From: Pseudomonas aeruginosa
GTDB lineage: Bacteria > Pseudomonadota > Gammaproteobacteria > Pseudomonadales > Pseudomonadaceae
Direction of reading: 5' to 3'
Length of the DNA stretch: 32,000 bases
Assembly (NCBI RefSeq): GCF_001457615.1
Contig: NZ_LN831024.1
Coordinates: forward strand, 3,540,001 to 3,572,000
Part shown: positions 11,575 to 21,851 of the stretch, in pieces
How positions within the stretch are numbered: the first letter of the stretch is position 1
How the letters are laid out: the number at the start of each line of letters is the position of its first letter
Notes under the pieces: model-generated
Told to the model about the DNA's origin: nothing
Databases searched by the model: none
Seen by the model: the letters and a program-made list of their open reading frames with translations, nothing else
Position numbers and translations under genes: made by a program

Positions 11575-11603
11575 TTATAACAAGGGCCCAAAAACAGTGT
11601 CAA
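11575..11603 (-). promoter_or_regulatory. Candidate strong sigma70 promoter for hupB
   Basis: Minus strand reads TTGACA (11603-11598), 17 nt, TTATAA (11580-11575). It sits immediately downstream of the lon stop in an AT-richer gap. Confidence 0.5.
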
Positions 11604-11616
11604 GAATACCTACCGA

Positions 11617-14013
11617 CTAATGCGTGCTAATTCGCTCCTTGGAATCAGGCTCGCGTTTTTCATCCTTTGCAACCATCTCCGGAGCCGCATCGGGCAAGGG
11701 CTCCGGGGCGTATTGCAGCGCAATTTGCAGGACTTCGTCAATCCATTTAACCGGTTTAATAACCAGATCACTCTTAATATTGTCCGGAATTTCCTTCAGG
11801 TCGCGAACATTTTCCTCGGGAATGATCACCGTCTTGATCCCGCCGCGGTGCGCCGCCAAAAGTTTTTCTTTCAGCCCGCCGATCGCCAGCACCTGCCCAC
11901 GCAGGGTGATCTCCCCGGTCATTGCCACGTCGGCGCGCACCGGGATCTGCGTGATCGCCGAAACCAGCGCCGTGCACATGCCGATGCCTGCGCTCGGGCC
12001 ATCCTTCGGCGTAGCGCCTTCCGGAACGTGGATATGGATGTCGCGCTTCTCGTGGAAGTCCGCCGCGATTCCTAGGCTCTGGGCGCGGCTGCGCACCACG
12101 GTCAACGCCGCGGTGATCGATTCCGCCATCACGTCGCCCAGCGATCCGGTCTTGGTCAACTGGCCCTTGCCGGGTACCACGGCCGCCTCGATGGTAAGCA
12201 GCTCGCCGCCGACCTGGGTCCAGGCCAGCCCGGTCACCTGGCCGATCTGGTCCTGCTGTTCGGCGAGGCCATAACGGAACTTGCGCACGCCGAGGTAGTT
12301 CTCCAGCGTCTCGCTGGACACCACCGCCTGGATACGCTTGAGCTTGGCATGCTCCTTCACCGCCTTGCGGCAGACCTTGGCGATCTGCCGCTCGAGGCTG
12401 CGCACCCCGGCTTCGCGGGTGTAGTAGCGAATGATGTCGCGCAGGGCGCCTTCCTCGAAGGTCAGCTCGCCCTTCTTCAGGCCGTTGGCCTGGACCTGCT
12501 TCGGAATCAGGTACTTGGCGGCGATATTGACCTTCTCGTCCTCGGTGTAGCCCGGCAGGCGGATGACTTCCATCCGATCCAGCAGGGGCGCCGGGATGTT
12601 CATCGAGTTCGCGGTGCAGAGGAACATCACGTCGGACAGGTCGTAGTCGACTTCCAGGTAGTGATCGTTGAAGTTGTGGTTCTGCTCCGGGTCGAGCACC
12701 TCGAGCAGCGCCGAGGCGGGATCCCCGCGCATGTCGCTGCCCATCTTGTCGATTTCGTCGAGGAGGAACAGCGGGTTGCGCACGCCGACCTTGGTCATCT
12801 TCTGGATCAGGCGGCCCGGCATGGAGCCGATATAGGTACGACGGTGACCGCGGATCTCGGCCTCGTCACGCACGCCGCCGAGCGCCATGCGCACGAACTT
12901 GCGATTGGTGGCGCGAGCGATGGATTCGGCCAGGGAGGTCTTGCCCACGCCGGGCGGTCCCACCAGGCAAAGGACCGGGCCCTTGAGCTTCTTCACCCGC
13001 TTTTGCACGGCGAGATACTCGAGAATGCGCTCCTTGACCTCTTCCAGGCCATAATGGTCGGCATCGAGGATGTCTTCCGCCTTGGCGAGATCATGGCGCA
13101 CCTTGCTCTCGGCCTTCCACGGCACGTTCAGCAGCCAGTCTATGTAGGAACGCACCACGGTGGCTTCCGCCGACATCGGCGACATCTGCTTGAGCTTGTT
13201 CAGCTCGGCAGTGGCCTTGGTGTGCGCCTCCTTGGTCAGGCCGGCAGCGTCGATGCGCTTCTTCAGCTCCTCGACTTCGTTGTGCCCTTCGTCGATATCG
13301 CCGAGTTCCTTCTGAATGGCCTTCATCTGCTCATTCAGGTAGTACTCGCGCTGGCTGCGCTCCATCTGCTTCTTGACCCGGCCGCGGATACGCTTTTCCA
13401 CCTGCAGCAGGTCGATCTCGGCATCCAGCAGCGCCAGGACATGCTCGACCCGCGACGACAGGTCGGTGATCTCCAGGATGTCCTGCTTCTGCTCGATCTT
13501 CAGCGCCATGTGCGCGGCCATGGTATCGACCAGCCTGCTCGGCTCGTCGATGCTGTTCAGCGAGGAAAGCACCTCGGCGGGGACTTTCTTGCCCAACTGG
13601 ACGTATTGCTCGAACTGGCTCAGCAGGCTGCGAGTGAAGACCTCGGCCTCGCGCTCGCCGACATTGGCGTCGTCGATGGCCTGGACCGCGGCACGAATGT
13701 GCCCTTCTTCCTCGATGAAGCGCTCGACCTGGCCGCGCTGCTCGCCTTCGACCAGCACCTTGACGGTGCCATCCGGCAGCTTGAGCAACTGCAGCACGGT
13801 AGCGACCGTACCCATGCGGTACAGGCCATCTTCGCCCGGATCATCGTCCGCGGGGTTTTTCTGCGCCAGCAGGAGGATTTGCTTGTCGCCGGTCATCGCT
13901 GCCTCCAGGGCCTCGATGGACTTTTCCCGACCGACGAACAACGGGATGACCATGTGCGGGTACACCACCACGTCACGTAGCGGCAGCAAGGGCAATTCGA
14001 CGAGTGTTTTCAT
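11617..14013 (-). CDS. lon: ATP-dependent Lon protease
   Basis: Start at ATG 14013 ([33 protein letters not shown], colinear with the E. coli Lon N-terminus), giving 798 aa. Walker [10 protein letters not shown]; catalytic serine context PKDGPSAG. Confidence 0.95.
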   Translation of the reverse strand: MKTLVELPLLPLRDVVVYPHMVIPLFVGREKSIEALEAAMTGDKQILLLAQKNPADDDPGEDGLYRMGTVATVLQLLKLPDGTVKVLVEGEQRGQVERFIEEEGHIRAAVQAIDDANVGEREAEVFTRSLLSQFEQYVQLGKKVPAEVLSSLNSIDEPSRLVDTMAAHMALKIEQKQDILEITDLSSRVEHVLALLDAEIDLLQVEKRIRGRVKKQMERSQREYYLNEQMKAIQKELGDIDEGHNEVEELKKRIDAAGLTKEAHTKATAELNKLKQMSPMSAEATVVRSYIDWLLNVPWKAESKVRHDLAKAEDILDADHYGLEEVKERILEYLAVQKRVKKLKGPVLCLVGPPGVGKTSLAESIARATNRKFVRMALGGVRDEAEIRGHRRTYIGSMPGRLIQKMTKVGVRNPLFLLDEIDKMGSDMRGDPASALLEVLDPEQNHNFNDHYLEVDYDLSDVMFLCTANSMNIPAPLLDRMEVIRLPGYTEDEKVNIAAKYLIPKQVQANGLKKGELTFEEGALRDIIRYYTREAGVRSLERQIAKVCRKAVKEHAKLKRIQAVVSSETLENYLGVRKFRYGLAEQQDQIGQVTGLAWTQVGGELLTIEAAVVPGKGQLTKTGSLGDVMAESITAALTVVRSRAQSLGIAADFHEKRDIHIHVPEGATPKDGPSAGIGMCTALVSAITQIPVRADVAMTGEITLRGQVLAIGGLKEKLLAAHRGGIKTVIIPEENVRDLKEIPDNIKSDLVIKPVKWIDEVLQIALQYAPEPLPDAAPEMVAKDEKREPDSKERISTH

Positions 14014-14071
14014 AATGTCGGCTCTACAGCGGCACTTGGCCACGAAACAGATAGGAAGACCTTTCAGCCTA

Positions 14072-14100
14072 AGATGGGGTTAGGCCCGGGAAAAAACAAG
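14072..14100 (-). promoter_or_regulatory. Candidate sigma32 (RpoH) heat-shock promoter for lon
   Basis: Minus strand reads CTTGTTT (14100-14094), 14 nt, CCCCATCT (14079-14072), against the consensus CTTGAAA-N13-15-CCCCATNT. About 55 nt upstream of the lon ATG. Confidence 0.5.
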
Positions 14101-14110
14101 CGTGCCAGTC

Positions 14111-14138
14111 GGAAAAGAAAAGGGGCCCGAAGGCCCCT
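14111..14138 (-). terminator. Rho-independent terminator after clpX
   Basis: Minus-strand RNA reads AGGGGCC-UUCG-GGCCCCU followed by UUUCUUUUCC. Confidence 0.7.
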
Positions 14139-14144
14139 GCTCTT

Positions 14145-15425
<1,281 letters not shown>

Positions 15426-15529
15426 TCGATCGATCCAATGGGTAGCTTCAAACACAAGATGAAGGCAATTGTGGGCATTTTCAAGCCCACGAGGCGGCCG
15501 AATGTCTCGACCGCCAGTATTGCGGAGCC

Positions 15530-16171
15530 TTAGACGGCCAGGTCGCGCTGGGTCATGACCTTGTCGATCAGGCCATACTTGACGGCTTCGTCACCGCTCA
15601 TGAAGCGGTCACGATCGGTATCGCGGGCAATGACGTCCAGGGGCTGGCCGGTGTGGTGCGCCAGGATCTGGTTCAGACGCTCCTTGATGAAGAGGATTTC
15701 CTTGGCATGGATCTCGATATCCGAGGCCTGGCCCTGGAAACCGCCCAGCGGCTGGTGGATCATCATCCGCGAATGCGGCAGGCAGTAGCGCTTGCCGGCG
15801 GCACCGCCCGCAAGCAGCAGGGCACCCATGCTGCACGCCTGGCCGATACAGGTGGTCGAGACGTTGGGCTTGATGAACTGCATGGTGTCGTAGATGGACA
15901 TCCCGGCAGTCACCGAACCACCCGGCGAGTTGATGTAGAGATGAATGTCCTTCTCGGGATTTTCAGCCTCCAGGAACAGCAACTGGGCAACCACCAGGTT
16001 GGCCATGTAGTCCTCGACCTGGCCGACCAGGAAGATGATCCGCTCCTTCAGCAGGCGCGAATAGATGTCGTAGGCGCGCTCGCCGCGGGCGGACTGCTCC
16101 ACCACCATGGGCACCAGGCCACCGGCGGCCTGGATATCGGGAACGTGCGGAATAAAAGAGTTGCGAGACAT
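15530..16171 (-). CDS. clpP: ATP-dependent Clp protease proteolytic subunit ClpP
   Basis: 213 aa. Catalytic serine context GQACSMGA and histidine context MIHQPLGG. Confidence 0.95.
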
Positions 16172-16214
16172 GTCTTGCGATCACTCCCTAACAGATAGTG
16201 AAGCCTCAAAGACG

Positions 16215-16242
16215 CACAAGCCAGCACTAAGGCTGGCTTGTG
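16215..16242 (-). terminator. Stem-loop between tig and clpP, either a partial terminator or an RNA processing structure
   Basis: CACAAGCCAGC (16215-16225) pairs with GCTGGCTTGTG (16232-16242). The downstream U-tract on the minus strand is poor (CGUCUUUGAG). Confidence 0.4.
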
Positions 16243-16264
16243 GGATTCGAACGAGAGGAACGAA

Positions 16265-17575
16265 TCAGGCCGCTTGCGGAGCTTCGGCCGGCTTGACCGC
16301 TTCTTCGTAGGATACCTGCTTATCGGTCACAGTGGCCTTTTGCAGGACAGTATCTACGACTTGTTCTTCCAGTACAACAGAACGGACTTCGTTCAGCTGG
16401 GGCTCGTTCTTGAAGTACCAGGCGACAACCTGCTCGGGCTCCTGGTAGGCCGAGGCCATTTCCTCGATCATTTCGCGAACGCGACCTTCGTCGGCCTTCA
16501 GCTCATGCTGCTTGACCACTTCGGCGACGATCAGGCCCAGCACCACACGGCGCTTGGCCTGCTCTTCGAACAGCTCGGCCGGCAGTTGGTCAGGCTTGAT
16601 GTTGCCACCGAACTGCTGGACGGCCTGCACGCGCAGACGGTTCACTTCGTTGCCGATCAGGGCCTTGGGCACTTCGATCGGGTTGGCCTGCAGCAGACCT
16701 TCCATGACCTGGTTCTTGACCTTGGACTTGATCGCCTGGCGCAGCTCGCGCTCCATGTTCTTCTGCACTTCGGCGCGGAAGCCATCGAGACCGGTTTCCT
16801 TCACGCCGAACAGAGCGAAGAACTCTTCGTTCAGTTCCGGCAGCTTGGGCTCGGCTACGCTATTGACGGTAACGGTGAACTCGGCAGCCTTGTTGGCCAG
16901 GTCCAGGTTCTGGTAGTCCTCGGGGAAGGTCAGGTTGAGCACACGCTCTTCACCGGCCTTCGCCCCCACCAGCCCTTCTTCGAAGCCGGCGATCATGCGA
17001 CCGGAGCCCAGTACCAGCAGGGTGCCTTTGGCGGAACCGCCGGCGAAGGCTTCGCCGTCGATCTTGCCGACGAAGTCGATGTTCAACTGGTCATCGTTCT
17101 GAGCGGCACGCTCGACCACTTCGAAACGGGTGTTCTGCTTGCGCAGGACGTCGAGCATATTGTCGACATCAGCATCGGAAACTTCGGCCTGCAGGCGCTC
17201 GACCTTGATGTCTTCCAGGCCGGAAACGGTAAATTCCGGGAAGACTTCGAAGGTTGCGATGTATTCCAGGTCCTTGCCTTTCTCGAAGGACTTGGGCTCT
17301 ACCGACGGCGAACCGGCCGGATTCAGCTTCTGCTCGACCACGGCTTCGTAGAAGGTTTCCTGGATCAGATCGCCCATGGCTTCCTGGCGCGCGGAAGCTT
17401 CGTAGCGCTGACGAATGACACTCATCGGCACCTTGCCGGGGCGGAAACCTGGAATCTTGGCACGACGGGCGGTCTGCTGCAGACGCTTGTTGACTTCGGT
17501 CTCGATACGCTCGGCAGGCACACCAACGGTCATGCGGCGCTCAAGAGCGGAAGTGCTTTCAACAGAAACTTGCAT
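16265..17575 (-). CDS. tig: Trigger factor (ribosome-associated chaperone / PPIase)
   Basis: Start at ATG 17575 ([20 protein letters not shown]) preceded by GAGGAA, giving 436 aa. GFRPGKVP signature present. The 867-aa track ORF is an in-frame upstream run-on. Confidence 0.95.
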   Translation of the reverse strand: MQVSVESTSALERRMTVGVPAERIETEVNKRLQQTARRAKIPGFRPGKVPMSVIRQRYEASARQEAMGDLIQETFYEAVVEQKLNPAGSPSVEPKSFEKGKDLEYIATFEVFPEFTVSGLEDIKVERLQAEVSDADVDNMLDVLRKQNTRFEVVERAAQNDDQLNIDFVGKIDGEAFAGGSAKGTLLVLGSGRMIAGFEEGLVGAKAGEERVLNLTFPEDYQNLDLANKAAEFTVTVNSVAEPKLPELNEEFFALFGVKETGLDGFRAEVQKNMERELRQAIKSKVKNQVMEGLLQANPIEVPKALIGNEVNRLRVQAVQQFGGNIKPDQLPAELFEEQAKRRVVLGLIVAEVVKQHELKADEGRVREMIEEMASAYQEPEQVVAWYFKNEPQLNEVRSVVLEEQVVDTVLQKATVTDKQVSYEEAVKPAEAPQAA

Positions 17576-17767
17576 GGATATTCCTCGTTGCACAGACGTA
17601 AGCCGGTCCTTCCGGCTCCCAGAATCAAGGGCATGCATTCTAGTAGAGGGAAAAGCAGAAGTCACCCCGCCAGGGTGCAGGCGGATCCCCGGGGTGTTTC
17701 CGGCCGCTTCCGCCGATCGCAGCCCGATCTCGAACGAGTCGCTGGAGCTTCGCCGGAAGCGGGCGCA

Positions 17768-17773
17768 TATAAT
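17768..17773 (+). promoter_or_regulatory. Candidate -10 element of the parRS promoter
   Basis: Perfect TATAAT at 17768-17773, 34 nt upstream of the parR ATG. The -35 region is weak (CTGGAGCTT). Confidence 0.35.
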
Positions 17774-17806
17774 GCCAGCCGATTCCGCTCCGACCGATGA
17801 AACCCT

Positions 17807-18514
17807 ATGGACTGCCCTACCCTCAGCAAGGTATTGCTCGTCGAAGACGACCAGAAGCTCGCCCGCCTGATCGCCAGTTTCCTTTCCCAGCATGGTTTCG
17901 AAGTGCGCCAGGTGCATCGCGGTGATGCCGCGTTCGCCGCCTTCCTCGACTTCAAGCCGCAAGTGGTGGTTCTCGACCTCATGCTCCCCGGACAGAATGG
18001 TCTGCAGGTGTGCCGGGAGATCCGCCGGGTCGCGAACCTGCCGATCCTCATACTCACCGCCCAGGAGGACGATCTCGATCACATCCTCGGCCTGGAGTCC
18101 GGCGCCGACGACTACGTGATCAAGCCGATCGAGCCACCGGTGCTGCTCGCCCGCCTGCGCGCCCTGATGCGCCGGCACGCGCCCCTTCCCGCCTCCCCGG
18201 AAAGCCTGACATTCGGCAAGCTGAACATCGACCGACGGCGGCGCGAAGCGGAACTCGAAGGCCTCGGCATCGAACTGACCACGATGGAGTTCGAGCTGCT
18301 CTGGCTGCTGGCCAGCCAGGCAGGGGAAATACTTTCCCGCGACGAGATCCTCAACCAGATCCGCGGCATCGGTTTCGACGGCCTGAACCGCAGCGTCGAC
18401 GTCTGCATCAGCAAGCTGCGCAATAAACTGAAGGACAATCCGCGCGAGCCGGTCCGGATCAAGACCGTCTGGGGCAAGGGCTACCTGTTCAACCCGCTGG
18501 GCTGGGAGCTCTGA
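17807..18514 (+). CDS. parR: OmpR-family response regulator ParR
   Basis: 235 aa. Receiver domain (KVLLVEDD...[10 protein letters not shown]) plus winged-helix output ([12 protein letters not shown]). Paired with the kinase directly downstream. Matches my recollection of PA1799. Confidence 0.88.
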   Translation: MDCPTLSKVLLVEDDQKLARLIASFLSQHGFEVRQVHRGDAAFAAFLDFKPQVVVLDLMLPGQNGLQVCREIRRVANLPILILTAQEDDLDHILGLESGADDYVIKPIEPPVLLARLRALMRRHAPLPASPESLTFGKLNIDRRRREAELEGLGIELTTMEFELLWLLASQAGEILSRDEILNQIRGIGFDGLNRSVDVCISKLRNKLKDNPREPVRIKTVWGKGYLFNPLGWEL

Positions 18515-19801
18515 ATGCTGCGCCTGTTCCTGCGCCTCTACCTGCTGCTGGCCCTGGGGTTCGCCGCCGCTATCTTCGTGGTCGACCATGTCATCGACGC
18601 GTTCTACGACAGCATCGTCGAGAACTATCACCGCGACGCCGTTCGCGGCCAGGCCTATTCGCTGGTGGAAAAGCTGGCCCCGCTGGACCAGGCCGGACGC
18701 CAGCGACAGCTCGAAGACTGGCGTCCCCACTACGGGCTCGAGCTGAGCCTGACGGATGCCAGGCAGGCGAAGCTGACGCAGGAAGAGCAGGCCCTCCTCG
18801 ACAAGAACCTGCTGGTGGTACGCGAGGACTTCACGGAATTCATCAGCCGCATCGACGCGGGCCCGCAACTGCTCGACATCAAGCTGCCGCCGGAACCCTC
18901 GCTGCCCCCACTATTCACCGTGCTGGCCTACATCCTGCTCGGCGTGCTGGTCGGCATCGCCCTGCTGGTATGGGTCCGCCCGCACTGGCGCGACCTCGAG
19001 ACCCTGCGCCTGGCCGCGCAACGCTTCGGCGACGGTGACCTGTCATCGCGCACGCGCATTTTCCGACGCTCCGACATCCGCACCCTGGCCCAGCACTTCA
19101 ACCAGATGGCCGACCGCATCGAAAGCCTGATCAGCAACCAGCGTGAACTGACCAACGCGGTATCCCACGAATTGCGCACGCCGATCTCCCGCCTGTCCTT
19201 CGAACTCGAGCAATTGAACAAGCAGGTCGACGCCGAAGTACGCCACGACCTGATAGAGGACATGCGCGCCGATCTCGGCGAACTGGAGGAAATGGTCTCC
19301 GAACTGCTGACCTACGCCCGCCTGGAGCACGGCAACGTCGGGAGCCACCGGGAAATCGTCGACGCCGCGAGCTGGCTGGATAGCGTCGTCGCCGACGTCG
19401 CCCTGGAAGCCGAAGCCGCCGGAGTCACCTGCGAGATCAGCGCCTGCCAGGTCGAACAGATCCGCATCGAGCCTCGCTTCATGGCGCGCGCAGTGATCAA
19501 CCTGCTGCGCAACGCCATTCGCCACGCACACTCGCGCGTCGAAATCGCCCTCCTCGATCAAGGCGACAGCTGTCAGATACGGGTCAACGACGACGGCCCC
19601 GGGATACCGGCGGACGCCCGGCAGAAGATCTTCGAACCCTTTTCGCGCCTGGACGACAGCCGCGATCGCAGCACCGGCGGCTTCGGCCTGGGCCTGGCGA
19701 TCGTCCGCCGGGTCGCGCAATGGCACGGCGGCTATGCGGAAGCGCTGGAAACGCCGCAGGGAGGCGCCTCCTTCCGCCTGACCTGGGAGCGACCCCGTTG
19801 A
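18515..19801 (+). CDS. parS: Sensor histidine kinase ParS
   Basis: 428 aa. Two transmembrane segments, a HAMP-like linker, H-box [10 protein letters not shown], and N/G boxes ([27 protein letters not shown]). The ATG directly abuts the parR TGA. Confidence 0.88.
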   Translation: MLRLFLRLYLLLALGFAAAIFVVDHVIDAFYDSIVENYHRDAVRGQAYSLVEKLAPLDQAGRQRQLEDWRPHYGLELSLTDARQAKLTQEEQALLDKNLLVVREDFTEFISRIDAGPQLLDIKLPPEPSLPPLFTVLAYILLGVLVGIALLVWVRPHWRDLETLRLAAQRFGDGDLSSRTRIFRRSDIRTLAQHFNQMADRIESLISNQRELTNAVSHELRTPISRLSFELEQLNKQVDAEVRHDLIEDMRADLGELEEMVSELLTYARLEHGNVGSHREIVDAASWLDSVVADVALEAEAAGVTCEISACQVEQIRIEPRFMARAVINLLRNAIRHAHSRVEIALLDQGDSCQIRVNDDGPGIPADARQKIFEPFSRLDDSRDRSTGGFGLGLAIVRRVAQWHGGYAEALETPQGGASFRLTWERPR

Positions 19802-19811
19802 CAGCGGAGGC

Positions 19812-19838
19812 TTAACAATCTTTCACAGATTGCTGACA
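19812..19838 (+). promoter_or_regulatory. Three helically phased direct repeats, a candidate OmpR-family (ParR?) binding site upstream of the PA1797-like gene
   Basis: TTAACA (19812), TTCACA (19822) and CTGACA (19833) start 10 and 11 bp apart. They overlap the inverted repeat CAATCT-N5-AGATTG (19816-19832). The element lies 70-95 nt upstream of ATG 19906. Confidence 0.3.
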
Positions 19839-19905
19839 AAGCCGTAAGGACTGCCAGCCAGGCCCGCCCTAGCATGGGACACCTCGCCTTTCCGCCAGGT
19901 GTTCC

Positions 19906-21738
19906 ATGTTTCGTGCAATGCATCTTTCCCTTCTCGGCTGCCTGCTCGGCACCAGCGGCTGCCACGGACTGCCGCCCGCCCCGCCAGCGCCGAGCGCCGC
20001 CGTGGGCAACTACGGCGAGGTCATCGACTATCTGCAACGCCACATCCGCCGGGAAATGGAAAGGCAGGACGTGCCCGGCCTGGCCCTGGCATTGGTCGAC
20101 GACCAGCAACTGGTCTGGGCCCGCGGTTTCGGCTATGCCGACCGACAGCACAGGATCAACGCCAGCGAGCACACCGCATTCCACGCCGGCGACCTGTCCA
20201 AGCTACTGATCGCCAGCGCGACCCTGCAACTGGCCGAACGGGGCCAACTCTCTCTCGACGCTCCGCTCCAGGACACCTTGCGCGAGTTCTACGTACGCTC
20301 ACGCTTCCATGCCGACCAGAGCGAGGCGGATCGCGCGATCACTTTCCGCCGGCTGCTCAGCCATCAGTCCGGCCTTCCTGGCGAACACCTGCCGCCCCTG
20401 TTCGGCGAACGCCCGAACTCACTCGGCCAACTGCCGGCGAAAGTATCCGGTGTCTGGCTGAGCAATCCGCCGGGAACCCAGGTCGCCCATTCCAACCTTG
20501 GCTACGAACTGGTCGGCGCGGCCATCGAGCGCAACACCGGAAAGCACTTCGAGCAGCACATGCGCGAGCACCTGCTGGACCCTTTGCAGATGACTCGCTC
20601 CAGCTTCGCCAGGAACGCCCTGCCCCAGGCGCAACGCGCCCACGGCTACAGCGGCGGCGGTCGCCCCGGCTCCGCCAGCGACCTCCCGGTCAACGATCTG
20701 TGGAGCAGCCCGGTCGACCTCAGCCGCTTCGTCCGCATGCTGTTCGCCAACGGGCGCCACAAGGAGCGCCAGCTTCTCAGGAAACACTCCGTCGAGGAGA
20801 TGTTCCGCCAGCAGAACGCCGGCAATGCCCTGGACTTCGACTGCCAGGTGGGCCTGGCCTGGTTCCTCAGCCCGTGCGGCTCCGCGCCGCTGGAAGGGGG
20901 CATCCGTCACTATGAGTACGCCAGCGCCACCCCAGGATTCAGCGCCCACCTGGTTCTGCTGCCGGAACAGCGCCTCGCCGCCATTGTCATGAGCAACGCC
21001 GATGACCGCGGTTCGCTCACCGCCTCCCTGGCCCGGCAAGCGGCGTCGCTCATGCTGCAGGTCAGGCAGGGCGCTCGTCGCCCCGCCGTACAGCCCACCC
21101 CCGCGCGCGCCCCCGCACTGAAGGTGCCGAGCCCGGAGGACCGGCGACAGCTATACGGTCGTTACGCAACCCGCCAAGGCCAGGTTCGCCTGTACGAGCG
21201 CAGGGGTCGCCTGTACGCGGATTTCGGCGAACAACGCGTGGAATTGTTGCGCGACACCTCGGGCTGGCTGCAGATGAGAAAAAGACTGCTGGGGTTCTGG
21301 CCTGTCGGCGTGGACAGCGCCGGACAGTTGCAACTGGACGTGGTCAGCTACGGCCAACGCCGAATCCTGGTGTCCCGCCGCCACGACCAGACCGCCTACC
21401 TCGGCGAGCGCATCGAGCCGACATCCCTGCCCCAGGCCTGGACCGAAGCCGTCGGCACCTACCGCGTCGCCAGCACGGGCCGGCACAGCTACCTGAACGG
21501 CCTGAGCATCAGGATCGAAGACGGCTTCCTGCTGGTGCGCGGGCAAGCCGGAGGAACCCGCTCCGGCGAGTTCATCCTGCAACCCATCGACAGCGCACAC
21601 GCCGTCCTGGCCGGCAGCGGCCAGGGCCTGGGAGACACCTTCAGTCGCGACTTCGACGGTCTGAACGCGCTCGGCTACCGCTTCGCCCAGCAAGGCACCA
21701 AGGCACGTCCCTGGCTGCAACGGAAGGAGTCCCCATGA
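19906..21738 (+). CDS. Beta-lactamase/transpeptidase-fold (serine-hydrolase-like) protein with degenerate catalytic motifs and a C-terminal extension; probable lipoprotein (PA1797-like)
   Basis: 610 aa. N-terminus MFRAMHLSLLGCLLGTSGCHG is a signal with lipobox-like LLGC / TSGC. Family landmarks are present (ITFRRLLSHQSGLP, NLGYELVGAAIE, ATPGFSAHLVLLPEQRLAAIVMSN), but DLSK replaces S-x-x-K and HSN replaces YSN. AGGTG lies 4 nt upstream of the ATG. Confidence 0.85.
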   Translation: MFRAMHLSLLGCLLGTSGCHGLPPAPPAPSAAVGNYGEVIDYLQRHIRREMERQDVPGLALALVDDQQLVWARGFGYADRQHRINASEHTAFHAGDLSKLLIASATLQLAERGQLSLDAPLQDTLREFYVRSRFHADQSEADRAITFRRLLSHQSGLPGEHLPPLFGERPNSLGQLPAKVSGVWLSNPPGTQVAHSNLGYELVGAAIERNTGKHFEQHMREHLLDPLQMTRSSFARNALPQAQRAHGYSGGGRPGSASDLPVNDLWSSPVDLSRFVRMLFANGRHKERQLLRKHSVEEMFRQQNAGNALDFDCQVGLAWFLSPCGSAPLEGGIRHYEYASATPGFSAHLVLLPEQRLAAIVMSNADDRGSLTASLARQAASLMLQVRQGARRPAVQPTPARAPALKVPSPEDRRQLYGRYATRQGQVRLYERRGRLYADFGEQRVELLRDTSGWLQMRKRLLGFWPVGVDSAGQLQLDVVSYGQRRILVSRRHDQTAYLGERIEPTSLPQAWTEAVGTYRVASTGRHSYLNGLSIRIEDGFLLVRGQAGGTRSGEFILQPIDSAHAVLAGSGQGLGDTFSRDFDGLNALGYRFAQQGTKARPWLQRKESP

Positions 21739-21851
21739 GAAGCCCCTCCCTGTGCCTCGCCGGCACGCTCGCCAGCCTCTGCTCCGCCGCTGTCGCCGAA
21801 GAGTGGCATGACAGCATCGGCCCGAGCGCCCTGGTGGAATACCGTTTCTGA
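21735..21851 (+). CDS. Candidate 38-codon small ORF encoding a signal-peptide-bearing micropeptide, translationally coupled to the PA1797-like gene
   Basis: ATG 21735 overlaps the upstream TGA (ATGA). GGAAGGAG at 21722-21729 lies 5 nt upstream. Product is MRSPSLCLAGTLASLCSAAVAEEWHDSIGPSALVEYRF. G/C at codon position 3 is 32/38 versus 22/38 at position 2. It is below the length cut-off of the supplied ORF track. Confidence 0.4.
   Translation: MRSPSLCLAGTLASLCSAAVAEEWHDSIGPSALVEYRF

Noticed and set aside
16242-16252. GGGATTCGAAC, resembling the complement of a tRNA T-arm, between tig and clpP
   Set aside because: No acceptor stem, D-arm or anticodon arm can be built around it. It is most likely a chance match next to the tig stem-loop.
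17576-18868. N-terminal part of the 867-aa minus-strand ORF that would extend tig
   Set aside because: Trigger factor begins at [14 protein letters not shown] (ATG 17575) with a GAGGAA Shine-Dalgarno sequence. The upstream part runs through the intergenic promoter region and antisense to parR/parS.
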